From the NCBI GenBank assembly GCA_034780895.1, contig JAUZTB010000042.1, positions 30,768,322 through 30,832,321 of the forward strand: a DNA stretch of 64,000 nt, given 5' to 3'. The notes under the pieces were generated by a model. That model worked only from the letters and a program-made list of their open reading frames with translations. It did not search any database and was not told the origin of the DNA. This stretch comes from Rhynchobatus australiae. Lineage: Eukaryota. Numbering within the stretch: the first letter of the stretch is position 1; every line of letters starts with the position of its first letter. This document shows, in pieces, positions 59,990 to 64,000 of this stretch. The position numbers and the translations under genes are program-made.

Positions 59990-61165
59990 CTACAGAGAGT
60001 CATGCAGGACAAAACAAGCCCTTGGGCCAAGAATCTCCATGCTGACCATCAAGTACCTATCTATAACAATCTCATTTATCAGCATTTGGTCTGTAGCCTT
60101 CTATGCCTTGATGATTCAAGTGCTCATCTAGATACTTATAAATTTGTGGGAGTATCTACTGCCACCACCCACTCAGTCTGTGTTCCAGATTTCAGCCATT
60201 CTCTAGATGATGAAGTTCTTCCACAGATCTGCTCTAAGCCTCTTAGCCCTTACCCAAGACCTACACCGTCTAATTCAACCTACACTTCTTGCTCTCTCTG
60301 CACAGCACTTTCTCAGAATCAGAATCAAGTTTATTATCACTGTGTTATACGTCATGAAATTTGCTATTTTGCAGTAGCAGTACAATGCAAAGACATAAAA
60401 ATCTGTAAGTTACAAAATAAATAAATAGTGCAAAAAACTGAGGTAGTGTTCATAGGTTCATGGACCATTCAGAAATCTGCTGACGGAGGGGAAGAAGCTG
60501 TTCCTGAATCATTGTGTGGGTCTTCAGGCTCCTGTACCTCCTCGCTGATGGTAGTAGCGAGAAGAGGGCAGGTCCCAGAGACAATAATAAACCAACTTAC
60601 CAATTTTAGATACTTCTGCCATGGGGAAAGGTTTCCTACTATCTCCTCTATCTGTGCTCCTCATAATTTTGAACCCCCCCCCCCAACCTCCAAGGAAAAT
60701 AAACTCAGCTTATCCAGTTTCTCCTTATAAGTGAAATACTCCATCCCAGGCAACATCCTAGTGAGTCTCCAGTGCACTCATGTCCTTCCTATGAAGTGAT
60801 GACCAGAACAGTACCTGGTGGTGACCAAACCAATGTTTTATTAAGTTATCCCATAACCTCCCTGCTCTTCTATTTTGTGCCCTGGATAATTAAGGCAAGT
60901 GTCCCATATGCCCTCTCCACCACTCTATCTACCTGTGCTGCCACCTACTGGTATCTTTGGACTTGTACACATAGTTCCCTCTGTTGCTCAGCCTGTTCAT
61001 CCTTGTATCTTACCCTTATCAATAGGACCACAATCCACATCCTTCTCAATATCAACAACACTACTGATTTTCATGTCATGTGCAAACTTACTAATCATAC
61101 CTCTTACATTCACATTCAAATCGTTAATTTATATAACAAACGGTAAGGGTCTCAGCACTGATTCC
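59990..61165 (-). mobile_element. Decayed CR1 fragment interrupted by a Rex1/Babar 3' end
   Basis: CR1 tail at about 59995-60250; ccaggcaacatcctagtgagtctc, accactctatctacctgtgctgccacc and tgtcatgtgcaaactt (KFADD remnant, antisense). Confidence 0.8.
60315..60578 (-). mobile_element. Rex1/Babar LINE 3' end nested in CR1
   Basis: (agaatc)2aagtttattatcactg tail; gaagaagctgttcctgaatc..cttcaggctcctgtacctcctcgctgatgg, antisense of PSARRYRSLK..FRNSFF. Confidence 0.85.
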
Positions 61166-62374
61166 TTCATTTCACAGATGCAACTGAAATTAAGATTGGA
61201 AAATTATAATTGGACTAATGATTGCAGGCATGGAAAGGAACAAGTTCTCCTTGGGTTGCTGCTTATCAGGTGTATGAACATTAGATTAAAGCAACATTGA
61301 GCTCATTTTGATGCATCTCTGTTCACTCAGCCAAGGCACATGGGAAAGACACAAAGCACCTGGTTATGTGTGAGGCTAATTGCTACATTGATAACGTACA
61401 CAAAAACTGGAAATCATGGTGCAAATGCACCCCCAGAATGAGCATTGATCACGAGAGGAGAGAAAAGCCATGGACAGGACTTGGGAGAAATTTCCTTGAA
61501 AGTCAATTAATTTCAATGCAGTCAACATCACCCAACCCACAGGTGGCACTGTGCTACAACATTGAGCTTCAGGAAAGCAACATTCAGAGAAAGGGCATAG
61601 GAAGCAGTTCAACCCCTCATGACAGATGATAGTAGGATTGTAACATTTTAAGAAAATGGGTGAACCAATCCCAACCCATTGCACAACAATAAAAATAGAA
61701 AGTGCTCAGAAATGAAAAGTCACAGTCCTGTTCTATTTGTTGTGTATTCCTCTCCATAAATGCTGTTCGACTGAGAATTTTTCCAGCATTTTCCCCTTTT
61801 ACTTCTGGGTCAGATATGGAAAACCAACTCACTTTCAGAAGATAGGGTGATCTTTAAAATATTTGAAACAGACTCTGTTTCCCCATTTTAACAGCTGGAG
61901 GCTGGGAGTATGAGAGAGCCTCATATATAAGTGAGTATGAGGGAGTCATACATTAGTATTAGGCATTCATAACTAAATGCCTTTACAATATTGCTTGTAG
62001 ACTAAGAAGAGAAGGAATATATTTCTTACTTGTGAACACTTCTGCAATGTGTCCCATCCTGCCTCTTCCTCACCATCCCCCCTGGTGTCCCCCATAACCT
62101 GACCTGTTAAGCTCCCTCCCTCAATCACACACAACCTGATACACACCCAGCCTCTGGCAATGGCTCTTCTGGAGCTTGCTCCCCTGCCATTCCCAGATCA
62201 CTGGCTGCAGCCTGGAACCACGGGCCTACCTCCCAACAGACTCAGACAGTTTTCAATCTGGCAGGATGCTGCCACGAAATGGAGAATTTTCTTTAAAATA
62301 AAGTAGTACTGAAAAATTCATACTTCCAGATTTCCTAGCTGATAAACTGTAGCCTTTCCCACTCCAGCCCATTG

Positions 62375-62666
62375 TAGATATCTTTATTAGTCATATGTAC
62401 ATCAAAACACACAGTGAAATGCATCTTTTTGCATAGAGTGTTCTGGGGCAGTCTGCAAGTGTCTCCACACTTCTGGCGCCAACATAGCATGTCTACAACT
62501 TCCAAACCTGTACGTCTTTGGAATGTGGGAGGAAACCGGAACACCTGGAGGAAACCAATGTAGATACGGGGAGAATGTACAAACTCCTTACAGACAGTGG
62601 CCGGAATTGAACCTGGGTTGCTGGCACTGTAATAGCGTTATGCTAACCGCTACACTACTGTGCCTG
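62375..62666 (-). mobile_element. tRNA-derived V-domain SINE, same Rex/Babar-tailed subfamily as 28241-28530
   Basis: The reverse complement aligns end to end with 28241-28530 (tail tttattagtcatatgtacatcaaaacacacagtgaaatgc; V domain; B box ggaattgaacc). Confidence 0.88.
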
Positions 62667-63427
62667 ACCACCACCCTAACAACCCTGCACCCCCTTACAG
62701 TTTTCTCCCAGCTGCCCGTTATTATTAGAGGTGTACAATTTCTTTTGCAATTATAACTTCTCTGCTGAGCTATGATAATCCTCAAAAGAGGTGGGGTTTA
62801 ATTCCACTGGAGAACAATAGACTAAACAACTTGGAGAAGATAAAATATAAACCCAAAAGCAACATTGAGAAAGACTGAAAGCACCTCCAGCTATTCTTTT
62901 ATGCCATTCTTAACAATAACTCTCTTTACTCTGTCCCTGACTGTCTAACCTAACGTGACTTAATCCTGCACTTTTTGTTTTGGTCATTTTTATCCAAAGA
63001 ATTGGTGTTTACCCATTAAATTTATTAAATGATCATCAGCTCAATTTTTAATGAAGACATCCAATGTCCCCAATCTATATTTTGCCCAGTTACTGTGAGC
63101 AATATCAATGCCAAGGTCTCATTGCGTTTTCGGTAAACATTGCTCATCGAGTGATTGCATCAGAAACATTCAAGTCAACCTGCTCATCAGGAAAACCAGC
63201 AAAATATGATCAACATCTGATTGACTGCTTCAATAAAAAAGCTGAACAAGAGCTGTGAAGATTGAATAATGCAGTTTCCATCATTTACATGGATGGCCTC
63301 TTATTCCTTTCCCTTCGCTCCCCTCTATCACTCTCCACCTTGGCTACATCAGCTAAAAAATAAAATGTTTGTATTCATAAAGCTATATTCATTAAGCATA
63401 GCTCATGAGCTCAAGGTAGTTTAAAAT

Positions 63428-63757
63428 ACACCATGGTGCAGCTAGTATAGCTGTTGTCTCACGGTCCAACAACCCAGGTTCAATCCTGATCTCCGCTGCT
63501 GTGTGAAGTATGCATGTTCCCCTTGTGACCATGTGGGTCTCTTCCAGGTCCTCTGGTTTCCTTCAACATCTTAAAGACGCGTGGGTTAGTAGGTTAATTG
63601 GCCAATGTAAATTGCCCGTGTGTAGTGAGGGGTAGAATCCAGAGGGATTGATGTGGAAAGAATGAAAGGAGATTAGTATAGGATTAGTCTGAATGGGTGG
63701 TTGACAGTCAGCATGGGCCATAGGGCCTGTTTCTGTGCTTCATCTCTCTATGACTCA
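63428..63757 (+). mobile_element. Full-length HE1-like V-SINE with CR1 tail
   Basis: A box tggtgcagctag, B box ggttcaatcc, V domain, tail ggccatagggcctgtttctgtgcttcatctctctatgactc. Confidence 0.88.
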
Positions 63758-63774
63758 AATACATTAAAAGGTGG

Positions 63775-64000
63775 TCACAGCCACTTTACAAATAGCAAAG
63801 TCCCATAAAGGGCACTGCGATAATGAACTGATAATTGCTTACTTCTGATGTTGAGTGAGGGATAAATATTGGCCTGAACATCAGACCTCCCCTGCTTTTC
63901 TAAAAAACAATGGCTGAACGGTTTTTATCTTTACCCAAGAGAAGCAGACAGAGCCTTGGTTAAACAGCCCATATCTGACAGTGGAAAAAAGTCCTCAGTC
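63775..64000 (-). mobile_element. Deu-domain SINE remnant (runs off window)
   Basis: gatgttgagtgagggataaatattggcc..ctcccctgcttttc..gcagacagagccttggttaaac is the antisense Deu core. Confidence 0.7.

Noticed and set aside
60002-61300. Cluster of 100-140 aa plus-strand ORFs
   Set aside because: These are antisense frames of CR1 and Rex/Babar fragments.
61536-61550. CTCF-like CCCACAGGTGGCAC
   Set aside because: Two mismatches in the 5' core; an isolated hit compatible with chance.
63428-63500. tRNA-like A/B boxes here and in other SINE heads
   Set aside because: They are followed by a V domain and LINE tail, with no complete cloverleaf; these are SINEs, not tRNA genes.

Overview
This is vertebrate genomic DNA, almost certainly from a cartilaginous fish. 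The repeat families (HE1-type V-SINEs, CR1, Rex1/Babar, RTE, Penelope, Deu-domain SINEs) point to an elasmobranch, probably a batoid; that assignment is inference from recalled repeat consensus sequences, not a database search. The window holds one protein-coding gene: a complete 10-exon WIF1 (Wnt inhibitory factor 1) on the + strand. Its ATG is at 2055 in a CpG island and its stop is at 22290-22292. The predicted protein is about 376 aa: signal peptide, WIF domain, five 96-nt EGF exons and a C-terminal ESNYIW. Two exons are hit by assembly N-gaps. Exon 4 has a 94-N gap that preserves the exon length. Exon 9 has a false 100-N gap with a 14-bp duplicated flank. From about 23.3 kb to 64 kb I find no credible exon, only intergenic DNA with many decayed retroelements, several nested. 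The most interesting non-routine signals are: hammerhead-ribozyme-like motifs in the Penelope-derived repeats; a V-domain SINE subfamily whose tail matches the Rex1/Babar LINE tail instead of CR1; datable nested insertions; and an unusual substitution in a normally conserved WIF-domain motif. I found no evidence for a wholly new multi-gene system. Repeat boundaries are by eye and approximate.
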